Source: Oleiphilaceae bacterium (GTDB taxonomy: Bacteria > Pseudomonadota > Gammaproteobacteria > Pseudomonadales > Oleiphilaceae). From it: DNA of 64,000 nt. Under the pieces are notes generated by a model that was not told where the DNA came from, searched no databases, and saw nothing but the letters and a program-made list of their open reading frames with translations. A program made the translations under genes and the position numbers. Shown piece after piece: positions 1 through 9,376 of this stretch. The stretch lies in NCBI GenBank assembly GCA_041590075.1, contig JBFHUL010000002.1:11964-75963 (forward strand), written 5' to 3'. The stretch's first letter is position 1, and every line of letters starts with the position of its first letter.

Positions 1-249
1 CTGCAGAAAGATTCCCAAATCAAGCTGATTATTTCCGACGTCAACATGCCCAATATGGACGGCCTTACCATGGCTGAAAAGGTGCGTGGCGATCTTGGCA
101 ATCAAAGCGTTAATATTATTATGCTCACCACAGAAAGCGATCCACGCATGAAACAGCGTGGTAAAGCTGCCGGCGTGAAAGGATGGATTGTGAAACCCTT
201 CAAAGGCGATAACGTGGTGGGAAGCATCAAAAAACTGGTGGGCGCCTGA
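1..249 (+). CDS. CheY-like response-regulator receiver protein, C-terminal part (5' end lies outside the window)
   Basis: Frame 1 is open from base 1 (LQKDSQIKLIISDVNMPNMDG...). Receiver hallmarks are present: acceptor Asp in ISDVNMP, Thr in IMLTT, Lys in VKPF. Stop TGA at 247-249 is followed by a hairpin terminator. Confidence 0.8.
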   Translation: MQKDSQIKLIISDVNMPNMDGLTMAEKVRGDLGNQSVNIIMLTTESDPRMKQRGKAAGVKGWIVKPFKGDNVVGSIKKLVGA

Positions 250-266
250 TTACTGCGCCCTTTCGA

Positions 267-296
267 TAAAAAAGCGACTTCGGTCGCTTTTTTTTT
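267..296. terminator. Bidirectional rho-independent terminator between convergent genes
   Basis: A-run, then AGCGAC-TTCG-GTCGCT stem-loop (273-288), then a T8 run. It overlaps the stop of the minus-strand UbiB-like gene. Confidence 0.7.
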
Positions 297-1611
297 ACAG
301 TTCAAGTGCGAGATAGGCATCAAGATCAGGCCGAAAATTAGCCTGCACACCAAGGCTCTTCATGATCCAGTAATGACCACTGATCATACGGTCGATATAC
401 AGGCTTTCTACCGGCGGCTTAAAATGGGAGAGATGCTTGAAGAATAACGGTGTTTCCTTCGCCACCCGCACGTGCAAGTCTGCCGTCTTAAAATCAAACT
501 TTCTGTCCCCGAAAAAGGGTTCGAAGAATATATTTCTCCACACCGCGTAGTAGTCGGCTCCAGGCGAAGACTTGCGTGCAACGCGAGCCCCCAGCCGAAG
601 CATGGCGTCATCAACAGCATCGTAGTCTTCTGCTATGCTGGCCTTAATCGCATCGCGATAAGCACGAACGATGTCCGGTTTAAGTATTTTTACACAACCG
701 AAATCGTAGATGATGACGGTGCCGTCGGGGCGAAACGCAAAATTCCCAGGATGCGGGTCGCCATGAATGCGCTGAAAGATAAACAACTGGTCGGCCAGAA
801 CCTTAAATAAACGATGGCCCAGCGCATTGACGACAGCCGGAGTATACTCAGGATCATTTGCGATTTCCGCGATATGATCACCTTCGATATACTCTAGAGT
901 AAGAATACGGCGGCTGGATAATCGACTCATTACTTTGGGCACCAGAATACCTTCATGCTCTGCATGAAATTCCCGAAACATCCGCAAATAACGAGCTTCC
1001 TGCTCATAATCCAGCTCTTCATGCAGGCGCTCTTTTATTTCTTCAAATAACGCGTCCACACTCTCTTTGGGCATTTTCAGCAAGCCACCCAGTTTTAGCG
1101 TCAGCTTAAGCTGCTTGAGATCCGAATCGCAGGATTTATCTACACCGGGGTACTGAATTTTTACAACAACCGCTTGGCCCGATTTGGTCACGGCCCGATG
1201 CACCTGCCCAATTGAGGCCGCAGCATACGGTTCGGTATCGAATTCTCTAAATAGCTTTTCAGGCCCACTACCCAACTCGCGCTCTATTTGCCGAGCAATG
1301 ACTTCGTACTCGACCGGCGGCGCTTCCTTCTGCAACTTCTGCAAGGCATCGGAAATCTCTTTGGGCAGTAAGTCCTGCGTCTGTGACGCAATCTGCCCGA
1401 TTTTCATCACAGCCCCTTTAAGCTCCCCCAGCGTATCAACAATATCATCGGCCATTTTGCCGTAAGAGACCTGTTTTCGAGCTTCGGATGTTTCTTCACT
1501 GGTAAACACACTCTGCACACGATCGCTGGCATAACGACCCGCAACTGAAGCCGTCATGCCTGCCAATTTAAGAAATCGCCCAGTGCGACTGGTCGTTGTT
1601 TTTTTGCCCAT
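295..1611 (-). CDS. ABC1/UbiB (AarF) family atypical protein kinase
   Basis: Translation carries the ABC1-family pattern (AASIGQVHRA, VVVKIQYPG, HGDPHPGNF, IYDFG). Start moved to ATG 1611 (MGKKTTT...) so it does not overlap the upstream gene, whose stop is at 1614-1616. Confidence 0.85.
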   Translation of the reverse strand: MGKKTTTSRTGRFLKLAGMTASVAGRYASDRVQSVFTSEETSEARKQVSYGKMADDIVDTLGELKGAVMKIGQIASQTQDLLPKEISDALQKLQKEAPPVEYEVIARQIERELGSGPEKLFREFDTEPYAAASIGQVHRAVTKSGQAVVVKIQYPGVDKSCDSDLKQLKLTLKLGGLLKMPKESVDALFEEIKERLHEELDYEQEARYLRMFREFHAEHEGILVPKVMSRLSSRRILTLEYIEGDHIAEIANDPEYTPAVVNALGHRLFKVLADQLFIFQRIHGDPHPGNFAFRPDGTVIIYDFGCVKILKPDIVRAYRDAIKASIAEDYDAVDDAMLRLGARVARKSSPGADYYAVWRNIFFEPFFGDRKFDFKTADLHVRVAKETPLFFKHLSHFKPPVESLYIDRMISGHYWIMKSLGVQANFRPDLDAYLALEL

Positions 1612-1613
1612 TT

Positions 1614-2243
1614 TTAGGAAGCATCTCCGGATTTCGCAGTGCCGTGCCAAACACTGCCCCCCATTAGCTCCAGGCGAATCCGGTCACCATGATGCAACTC
1701 TCCTACACCTTGGGGGGTCCCGGTGAGCACAATATCACCCTCTCTCAATGTAAAATGTTGACTGACATAGGCCAGCAATTCGGGAATACCCACCAGCATA
1801 TCGGCAGACCTGCCGTGCTGACGTAATTGGTCGTTCACATGCAAGGTAAATTCCAATTTATCCAAAGCAGAAAAAGAATCCGCAGCCAAAAATGGCCCCA
1901 TGGGACAAGCACCATCGAAGGCCTTGGCGAGCTCCCAGGGATGCCCTTGCGCTTTTAATTCAGATTGCAGAGCGCGCTTGGTAAGATCCAGGGCCAGCCC
2001 AATACCGCCCACTCCCTGTTGCGCATCGATTGCCGAGACCTTGCTCAAGGTACGACCAACCGAGACGGCAATCTCTGCCTCGTAATGGCAGTCAGAAGCC
2101 GGAATGGGAAAGTCTCCGGGCAGTACCGACAGCGATGTGGCGGGTTTGATAAACAGAAGCGGAGACTCAGGTACAGGGTTATTCAATTCCCGGGCATGTG
2201 CCGCATAGTTGCGGCCGACACAAACGATTTTTCCCGTGTACAT
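1614..2243 (-). CDS. Fumarylacetoacetate hydrolase (FAH) family protein, YcgM / oxaloacetate decarboxylase-like
   Basis: 209 aa. Starts with the FAH-family N-terminus KIVCVGRNYAAHARELNN...P.LFIKP, followed by EAEIAV and GDIVLTGTPQGVG. Confidence 0.85.
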   Translation of the reverse strand: MYTGKIVCVGRNYAAHARELNNPVPESPLLFIKPATSLSVLPGDFPIPASDCHYEAEIAVSVGRTLSKVSAIDAQQGVGGIGLALDLTKRALQSELKAQGHPWELAKAFDGACPMGPFLAADSFSALDKLEFTLHVNDQLRQHGRSADMLVGIPELLAYVSQHFTLREGDIVLTGTPQGVGELHHGDRIRLELMGGSVWHGTAKSGDAS

Positions 2244-2323
2244 CTATCACTCCCATTCTGAAAATATCTCTGTGCAGGCGATGAGCCCAGGAACAGAAGC
2301 CGTTTCAAACGCGCCTCTCCGAT

Positions 2324-3337
2324 TCATTCCGGCTCTGAACATTCTGGCGCAGAGGGGTCGAACTTACACCGAATTTTCCACAGAATCGTGATCGCTTTGG
2401 CATCGTATTCCTTCTCGTCACGCAACGCGAGGCGCACCTTCTTGACCATCGCTTCGTACTCCTGCTGAGTCTTTTCGTCCAGTTTAATCCAGTAATGCTG
2501 TGGAATTTCACTTTTTGCCTGTCTAACGGTGTTCTCAAGTTCATCAAAGCGCGTCAAGGCATGACTGCGCATGTGTTCACCAAAGCCTGCTGGCACGCGC
2601 TTCAGGTTTACCACAGCCTCCATCACGGCATAAAGAATATTGAAGTCGACGATACCGCCCTTCTCACCTAGACCTTTATAAAGCTCGAAGGTGTTGTAGG
2701 CTAACGCCGGACCAAATAGAACATCGATGTTGCCATTATTGAATTGCCCGGCCCAGGTAGCCAGTGTGGTATGCACCGGCGAGGCGCCGACCGTCTCGAC
2801 GAACTTGGTGCTCGCCACATCTCCATTGAGCACCGACACCTTTTTGCCGCTGATATTGGCGATGGCAACGTTCTTACGATCCCTTACAAAGGTATAGATC
2901 TCCCCGATCGGGAATAAACCTGCAATTTGGTACTTTTCGTTCGTAATCAAGGCTTGTGCCTTTTCACTGTTCAGTGATGCAGACAGCGTTTTCAGCTCCC
3001 TAAGCGAGCGTACCGCACCTGGCGCTCCGAATGCCGCGGAGAATGGCACGAAGTCTTTAGCAAGAATATTGGTTAAAAATACCGCGTCACATACGCCGGA
3101 ACGAAAGTCGTTCGAGGCTACTTTCTCATCGGTATAGGCTTCAAGATTGAGCTCAACACCCCAGGTTATTGCCTTGAGCTTGGTTTCTTTTAGAAAGGCA
3201 ATAAACGGACCGTTGGAACCGACAGGGTCCCACACACAAAACTTGACGGGCACTAAGGCATTGGCGCGGAGAGAGATAAACAGAAGCATCACTAAGGTCG
3301 CGATGCTCCAGAGAGTTTTATGTGTTGTAAGAGTCAT
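2324..3337 (-). CDS. Secreted periplasmic solute-binding-like protein (DctP/TRAP-like fold suspected), function unknown
   Basis: 337 aa with an N-terminal signal peptide (LVMLLFISLRANA). No transporter membrane genes are adjacent. The family call rests on general resemblance only. Confidence 0.45.
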   Translation of the reverse strand: MTLTTHKTLWSIATLVMLLFISLRANALVPVKFCVWDPVGSNGPFIAFLKETKLKAITWGVELNLEAYTDEKVASNDFRSGVCDAVFLTNILAKDFVPFSAAFGAPGAVRSLRELKTLSASLNSEKAQALITNEKYQIAGLFPIGEIYTFVRDRKNVAIANISGKKVSVLNGDVASTKFVETVGASPVHTTLATWAGQFNNGNIDVLFGPALAYNTFELYKGLGEKGGIVDFNILYAVMEAVVNLKRVPAGFGEHMRSHALTRFDELENTVRQAKSEIPQHYWIKLDEKTQQEYEAMVKKVRLALRDEKEYDAKAITILWKIRCKFDPSAPECSEPE

Positions 3338-3450
3338 TGTCAGTTACCTGTCCCGCCAGCTATTTCTAATAAAAATTAAGAAAGCGAGAAATTACGTGAA
3401 TAATGTTCACGTTGCAACGAAACGCTCTGTTCCAGCTGGCTGGCCGGCGC

Positions 3451-4848
3451 TCATGCGTCGAAGATCTTACCAGGATTCATCACACCTTTCGGATCGAATA
3501 CGCGCTTGATGCCACGCATTAATTCGAGCTCCTGCTGCGTGCGCGTGTAGTGCAGGTAATCCTTTTTCACCAAACCCACGCCATGCTCGGCAGAGACGCT
3601 GCCGCCATGTTTTTCCACAATATCAAACACCCATTTATTCACTTCCTGACAGCGCGAAAAGAATTCCTCCTTGGCGAGCTCCACAGGCTTAAGAATATTA
3701 AGGTGGAGGTTGCCATCCCCAATGTGGCCAAACCAGATGATCTCAAAATCCGGGTAATGCTCGGTAACCACATCGTTGATCTCATTCAAAAACTCCGGCA
3801 CTTTCGACACCACCACAGAGATATCGTTTTTGTAGGGGGTTCGGCCCGAAATAGATTCCGAAATTCCCTCGCGCAACTGCCAAAGATTATTCGCCTGGGT
3901 TTCACTTTGACTGATCACTCCATCGAGCACCCAACCGTGTTCAACGGACTGCTCAAACAGTGCCATGGCCTGATCCATCACCCCTTCACTTGTGCACTCA
4001 AACTCGAGCAAAGCATAAAACGGGGCCTCAGTTGCAAACGGTGCCTGCACATCTCGATGGGCTAAAACATGCCCCATTGCCTCGTGGGAGAAAAACTCGT
4101 AGGCGGTGAGATCCAATCTGGACTGGAAGGTTTTCAGTACATCCATGGTGTTACCGATATCCGTCAGACCCAACACCAATACAGTCAGATTACTGGGCTG
4201 ACGCGTCAATCTCATGGTCGCCTCGGTAATGAATCCCAACGTGCCTTCAGCGCCTATAAACAGATGCCGCAAATCATACCCGGTGTTATTTTTCAGCAAA
4301 TCTCGGTTGAGTTCGAGAATATCTCCGGCGCCGGTCACCACTTTCAGCCCCAACACCCAATCGCGGGACATGCCATACTTAATGACTTTGATACCACCGG
4401 CATTGGTAGAAAGGTTACCGCCAATCTGACTGGAACCTGCCGAGGCAAAATCAACGGGATAATACAAACCCTGTTGCTCCGCAAATTCCTGCAGCTGCTG
4501 CGTAATCACACCCGCCTGGCAACGAACGGCTCGATCGCTGGCACTGAAATCCAAGATCTTGTTCATATAATCGAAAGAGACAACCACCTCACCGTTTGTT
4601 GCGACAGCACCGGCGCTCAAACCGGTGCGGCCGCCCGAAGGCACCAAGGCAAATTCAAAGCGATTCGCAAGGCGCACAATGGCCTGCACTTCTTCCGTCG
4701 AGCGAGGGAAAACGATTGCCAGAGGAGCCACCTCGTAGATGCGCGTCCAATCGCAACCATGACTCGCTAGGGTCTCCGAATCCGTTTTAACCTTATCCAC
4801 ATCAAGGACATCAATAAGTGCTTGTACAATCTGTTCCGGGTTGGTCAT
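3451..4848 (-). CDS. FAD-linked oxidase of the GlcD / D-2-hydroxyacid dehydrogenase family (D-2-hydroxyglutarate dehydrogenase candidate)
   Basis: 465 aa with an FAD-binding PCMH-type N-terminal region (VFPRSTEEVQAIVRLAN...VPSGGRTGLSAG) and a C-terminal FAD-oxidase_C motif (SAEHGVGL.K). It is divergent from serA. Confidence 0.75.
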   Translation of the reverse strand: MTNPEQIVQALIDVLDVDKVKTDSETLASHGCDWTRIYEVAPLAIVFPRSTEEVQAIVRLANRFEFALVPSGGRTGLSAGAVATNGEVVVSFDYMNKILDFSASDRAVRCQAGVITQQLQEFAEQQGLYYPVDFASAGSSQIGGNLSTNAGGIKVIKYGMSRDWVLGLKVVTGAGDILELNRDLLKNNTGYDLRHLFIGAEGTLGFITEATMRLTRQPSNLTVLVLGLTDIGNTMDVLKTFQSRLDLTAYEFFSHEAMGHVLAHRDVQAPFATEAPFYALLEFECTSEGVMDQAMALFEQSVEHGWVLDGVISQSETQANNLWQLREGISESISGRTPYKNDISVVVSKVPEFLNEINDVVTEHYPDFEIIWFGHIGDGNLHLNILKPVELAKEEFFSRCQEVNKWVFDIVEKHGGSVSAEHGVGLVKKDYLHYTRTQQELELMRGIKRVFDPKGVMNPGKIFDA

Positions 4849-4933
4849 GGCTATCTCTTCTCGCTACACCTGAAAGTTGTGTCGACGAACGCCGACACTA
4901 TTTAATCCTTTTTATTAAAAATACATCGTATCC

Positions 4934-4956
4934 CTATGTTTTTATTGAAAACATAG
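4934..4956. promoter_or_regulatory. Perfect 9-bp inverted repeat (candidate operator) in the divergent FAD-oxidase/serA promoter region
   Basis: CTATGTTTT-tattg-AAAACATAG read directly from the sequence, in an AT-rich 247-bp intergenic region. Confidence 0.35.
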
Positions 4957-5095
4957 AAGATAAAAATATTTTGAAGGACGGAAAAGCGGAATATGTTATC
5001 ATACGCCGCTTTTTCGGACACAAACTCTTTAAACCATGACCGGGCCGTCTCGGCCATCGCTTTTTGCTTTCGCAACATAAAGGTAATTTTGGCAT

Positions 5096-6325
5096 ATGAC
5101 TACAACGTCTTTAGACAAAGATAAAATCCGCTTTCTGCTACTCGAAGGCGTTCACCAATCCGCCGTCGAGACTTTGAACAAGGCGGGTTATACCAATATC
5201 GAGTATCTAAAAACGTCTCTGGCTGAAGAAGAGCTCATCGAGAAAATTGCGGATGCACACTTCATCGGTATTCGCTCGCGTACGCAACTCACCGAAAAAG
5301 TCTTCGAGGCCGCGCAAAAACTGATTGCAGTAGGTTGCTTTTGCATTGGCACCAACCAGGTCAACCTTAAAGCCGCCACCGAACGCGGTATTGCTGTATT
5401 TAATGCACCTTATTCCAACACCCGCAGCGTGGCCGAACTTGTTTTGGCTGAAGCCATTCTTCTGCTGCGAGGCATTCCCGAGAAAAACGCGATGGCGCAC
5501 CGGGGTGAATGGCTGAAATCAGCCAATAACAGCTACGAAATACGGGGCAAAAGCCTGGGCATTATCGGTTATGGCAGCATCGGCAGCCAATTGAGCGTGC
5601 TGGCCGAATCATTAGGCATGAAGGTCTACTTCTACGATGTGATCACCAAGCTGCCACTGGGTAATGCCACTCAGGTGGACTCCTTGCAGGAACTACTGGG
5701 TCTGGCGGACATCGTAAGCCTGCATGTACCCGAAACCGGTGCCACCCAAAACATGATTGGCGAGCGCGAACTCAAGCAAATGAAGTCGAATAGCATCCTC
5801 ATTAACGCCGCACGCGGTACGGTTATCGATATCGATGCCCTGTCTGCTGCATTGCGCGAGAAGAAGCTGCTCGGAGCCGCGATCGATGTATTTCCGGTCG
5901 AACCAAAATCCAATAACGAAGAGTTTGTGTCGCCCCTGCGTGAATTTGATAATGTCATCCTCACTCCGCATATCGGCGGCAGCACCATGGAAGCACAGGA
6001 AAACATCGGTTATGAAGTGGGCGAAAAGCTCGCCACTTATAGCGATACCGGCACCTCGGTAACATCGGTTAATTTTCCTGAGGTTGCACTCCCCGCGCAC
6101 CCCGACAACCATCGTCTGCTGCACATTCATGAAAACGTACCTGGCGTAATGTCTGAAATTAACCAGGTATTCAGTGAAAACAACATCAACATCTGTGGCC
6201 AATACCTGCAAACCAACGAAAACGTGGGCTATGTCGTTATGGATGTCGATAAAGCCTACAGCGATATCGCGCTGGAAAAATTGCGCGCAGTGAAAGGAAC
6301 CATCCGTTGTCGGGTGCTGTTCTAG
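5096..6325 (+). CDS. serA: D-3-phosphoglycerate dehydrogenase
   Basis: 409 aa, E. coli-type length. Rossmann motif GIIGYGSIGSQ, catalytic-region motif NAARG and HIGGST, and a C-terminal ACT-like domain. Confidence 0.93.
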   Translation: MTTTSLDKDKIRFLLLEGVHQSAVETLNKAGYTNIEYLKTSLAEEELIEKIADAHFIGIRSRTQLTEKVFEAAQKLIAVGCFCIGTNQVNLKAATERGIAVFNAPYSNTRSVAELVLAEAILLLRGIPEKNAMAHRGEWLKSANNSYEIRGKSLGIIGYGSIGSQLSVLAESLGMKVYFYDVITKLPLGNATQVDSLQELLGLADIVSLHVPETGATQNMIGERELKQMKSNSILINAARGTVIDIDALSAALREKKLLGAAIDVFPVEPKSNNEEFVSPLREFDNVILTPHIGGSTMEAQENIGYEVGEKLATYSDTGTSVTSVNFPEVALPAHPDNHRLLHIHENVPGVMSEINQVFSENNINICGQYLQTNENVGYVVMDVDKAYSDIALEKLRAVKGTIRCRVLF

Positions 6326-6897
6326 TCGCGCCCAAGGCGCTGGAGATCCGCCTGAAACATATTCAGGATTTCCAGCGCTAAGCGTTTCTGTTTTTCTGCG
6401 CTCGGCCGGGGATAAGAATTCAGGCAGCCAATGTAGCCGTAGAAGGCAATTTTTGCGTAAGCTTCCCCCCTTTCACGCTCCCCCGCCAAGCGTTCGAACA
6501 TCGCCGTCATGGTAGAGAGGCGTTTTTGATCCAGCCTCTCCATATGCGCTCTAACATGGGCGTTATGTGGCGCCCATTGCCGGAATACAAGGTCCTGTTT
6601 ATCGGTAAGACGCGATATAAAATCGATCACCAACCTTACCTCTTCCTGCGGGGTATGTGCTTTCTCGAAAGCCTCTTTAAAGCCCCGATCAATAGTCTCT
6701 GTTTCCCAACGCCTCACCATTGCATCAATCAGATCATTAAGGCTTTTAAAATGGTGATAAAAGGACCCACGCGTTACACCCAGATGCTCAGCCAACTTCA
6801 CGACAGACAGTCCCACTGAACCATTAATATTCAATAAGACCAGTGCCGCACTAATCCAATCCTCTTTTTTCAAGGTACCGACCGAACGCCTCACCAT
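6322..6897 (-). CDS. TetR/AcrR family transcriptional regulator
   Basis: N-terminal HTH (LSVVKLAEHLGVTRGSFYHHFKS). Start set at ATG 6897 (MVRRSV...); the track start at 6909 is GTG. Divergent from the acyl-CoA dehydrogenase gene. Confidence 0.85.
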   Translation of the reverse strand: MVRRSVGTLKKEDWISAALVLLNINGSVGLSVVKLAEHLGVTRGSFYHHFKSLNDLIDAMVRRWETETIDRGFKEAFEKAHTPQEEVRLVIDFISRLTDKQDLVFRQWAPHNAHVRAHMERLDQKRLSTMTAMFERLAGERERGEAYAKIAFYGYIGCLNSYPRPSAEKQKRLALEILNMFQADLQRLGRD

Positions 6898-6902
6898 AAA
6901 AA

Positions 6903-6962
6903 CATACACCCTTGTATTTTTTTGCTCACAATCCTAGACTCTACCATACACCCCTGTACTTT
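6903..6962. promoter_or_regulatory. Two copies of an 18-nt motif, each containing a TACA-N4-TGTA palindrome (candidate TetR operators)
   Basis: CATACACCCTTGTATTTT (6903-6920) and CATACACCCCTGTACTTT (6945-6962) match at 16 of 18 positions and start 42 bp apart. They lie between the TetR gene and the acyl-CoA dehydrogenase gene. Confidence 0.35.
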
Positions 6963-7015
6963 ATCTAAGCACAGCAGGCTTCTGCGCCGATTTTTATCTG
7001 CATGAGTGAAACCCG

Positions 7016-8161
7016 ATGGCACAACTACAAGAATACTTTGGTGAAACACAACACATCGTTCGGCACAACGTAAAACGCTTTGTTGAAACAGAGATCAAAC
7101 CCTTTATTACTGAATGGGAAGAAGCAGGTGAATTTCCTCGTGACCTTTATGGTAAAGCGGGCGCAGCCGGGATATTAGGCATCGGCCACCCCGAACAATA
7201 CGGCGGCACCGGCAACGATATTTTCAGCAAAATAGCTGCGTCTGAAGAACTCATGCGCTCTACCTCAGGCGGACTGGTTGCTAGCCTGGGCTCCATTGAT
7301 ATCGGCCTCCCACCTGTTTGGCGATGGGGAAACGATGATCTGAAACAACGCATCGTCCCCGATGTCATCGCGGGAAAAAAAATCTGCGCACTGGCCATTA
7401 CCGAGCCCGGCGGAGGTTCAGATGTCGCCAACTTGCGTACCCAGGCCAAACGCGACGGCGATTATTACGTCATCAATGGCGCCAAGACATTCATCACGAG
7501 CGGCCAACGCGCTGATTATTACACGGTCGCCGTGCGCACAGGTGGAGAAGGCTATGGTGGAATTAGCCTCATGCTCGTTGAGCGCGATCGCCCGGGTTTT
7601 TCGCGTGGTCGCAATCTCAAGAAAACCGGCTGGTGGGCCAGTGATACCGCGGAACTTTTTTTTGAAGATTGCCGCGTTCCGGCAGGCAATCTCATCGGAC
7701 AGGAAAATGCCGGATTTATCGCTATTATGTCCAACTTCGCACTGGAACGCCTTGCCCTCTGCGTGATGGCCAATACCACCAGCGAAATCGCCCTTGAGGA
7801 GAGCCTTCGTTACGTGAAAGAGCGAAAAGCTTTTGGGCGTCCAATTGGGAAATTCCAGGTAACGCGACACAAACTTGCCGAAATGGCCACCCTGCTCAAT
7901 GCCAGCAAAGAATTCACCTACCGTTTAGCTGCACAAATTGAAGCCGGACACAACGTCGTCATGGAAGTCGCCATGGCCAAAAATTTCGCCACCAATACCA
8001 GCGATCGTATCACCTACGATGCCGTGCAAATATTTGGCGGCATGGGCTACATGCGAGAATCGGTGGTGGAACGGCTAGCGCGCGACAACCGCATACTTTC
8101 GATTGGGGGCGGCACCTACGAAATTATGAACGAAGTGATCGCAAAGCAATTAGGCGTGTAA
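7016..8161 (+). CDS. Acyl-CoA dehydrogenase
   Basis: 381 aa with ACAD signatures (ALAITEPGGGSD, QIFGGMGY) and a C-terminal catalytic-region Glu context (GGGTYEIM). Confidence 0.9.
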   Translation: MAQLQEYFGETQHIVRHNVKRFVETEIKPFITEWEEAGEFPRDLYGKAGAAGILGIGHPEQYGGTGNDIFSKIAASEELMRSTSGGLVASLGSIDIGLPPVWRWGNDDLKQRIVPDVIAGKKICALAITEPGGGSDVANLRTQAKRDGDYYVINGAKTFITSGQRADYYTVAVRTGGEGYGGISLMLVERDRPGFSRGRNLKKTGWWASDTAELFFEDCRVPAGNLIGQENAGFIAIMSNFALERLALCVMANTTSEIALEESLRYVKERKAFGRPIGKFQVTRHKLAEMATLLNASKEFTYRLAAQIEAGHNVVMEVAMAKNFATNTSDRITYDAVQIFGGMGYMRESVVERLARDNRILSIGGGTYEIMNEVIAKQLGV

Positions 8162-9112
8162 TTCACTCGCGCCGTTTAACTCGGAGAGTATCGCAGCGAA
8201 GGCCTGTTGACGCTTGGTTACACACTCATTTACCAAGTGATGCCTGCCACCTTCGATGTAGACGACCTTTACTTCTTTGAACAGACTGCGTAACACCAAA
8301 ATGTTGTGCTTCCAGTCGACCGTCATATCATCAGTGCCCTGAACAATAGCCACTTTCCGCTGGAGTCCGGAGGCTTTCTCCATCTTTGGAATCCATTCCT
8401 TAAGTGCGCCAACCCAGTCTACCGCCAGCCACTTGGACTGTAGAGGATCGCGCTCTTTCAGAAACTTCACAAACCGCACATCCGTACTGTTCTGCGAAAA
8501 GGATCGGTGCCATACCTTTAAAAACGGCGAAACCACCGTGTGCAGGCGCGCCACTCCGCCCCAGGCAACAGGACGCACCAAAGGCGCCAACAGAACCACC
8601 TTATCAAAGCTTTGCGCTTGCCCCGCCTCTCTCATCAGACGGTCAATGAGCACAGCGCCTCCGGTACTCTGACCTACTGCGTGAAACGGTTTGGGTAAAT
8701 GCGCTTCACACGCAGACAAACAGGCATCAAGCGCATCCTGATACTGATCAAAACTACTGATCGAAGTGGGCTCTCCACTGGATAAACCATGCCCTGGCAT
8801 ATCATAGATCACCACAGCAAAACGATGCTCAACCAGAAACCGAATCAAATGATGATAAATGCCGGCATGATCAAAATAACCATGAAAAAGGAAAACTGTC
8901 GACAAGGCGTCTGCGGGTACGAAGCTCTGCATGACAATGCGATAATCATCTGTTTCCAGCCACCCGATGCGCTGATCCAGCTCTTCATAATCCCGATAAA
9001 GATCACTGTGATAAAACTCAAAATACTCGGCCAGCGCTCCCTTGATTCGAAAACGGCTTTTAAAAGAAAACTTGTTCAATTCCATCAATAAGGAATCACG
9101 GTCCCACGTCAT
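8150..9112 (-). CDS. Alpha/beta hydrolase (lysophospholipase / monoglyceride-lipase-like)
   Basis: HGYFDH oxyanion region, nucleophile elbow GQSTGG, and a C-terminal GGRHH region. Its 3' end overlaps the convergent ACAD gene by 12 nt. Confidence 0.8.
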   Translation of the reverse strand: MTWDRDSLLMELNKFSFKSRFRIKGALAEYFEFYHSDLYRDYEELDQRIGWLETDDYRIVMQSFVPADALSTVFLFHGYFDHAGIYHHLIRFLVEHRFAVVIYDMPGHGLSSGEPTSISSFDQYQDALDACLSACEAHLPKPFHAVGQSTGGAVLIDRLMREAGQAQSFDKVVLLAPLVRPVAWGGVARLHTVVSPFLKVWHRSFSQNSTDVRFVKFLKERDPLQSKWLAVDWVGALKEWIPKMEKASGLQRKVAIVQGTDDMTVDWKHNILVLRSLFKEVKVVYIEGGRHHLVNECVTKRQQAFAAILSELNGASELHA

Positions 9113-9376
9113 AGTGCATCCAGAATCATCGAAAAAATAAGGGAGGTTTTACAATCGTTAAAAATACAGCAGTAACAGTACGGATAAGATTCGTTACAAT
9201 TGTGATTCATGCTTTTAACGAGTTCAACACATGAAACACGCCAGCAAACCTTTGACCGTTTTGGATATCCTACTGGCTACTGCGATCAGCGGTATTATGC
9301 TCGGATTCTTCGTTCAGCAGCTACTGTAAAAAACAACTATTCGCTGCCTGTTGCGAGGCTACGCAATTAGAATGCC

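Noticed and set aside
8150-8161. 12-nt tail-to-tail overlap of the acyl-CoA dehydrogenase and hydrolase genes as a possible antisense-regulation feature.
   Set aside because: Short convergent overlaps are common in compact genomes, and nothing else in the sequence supports a special role.
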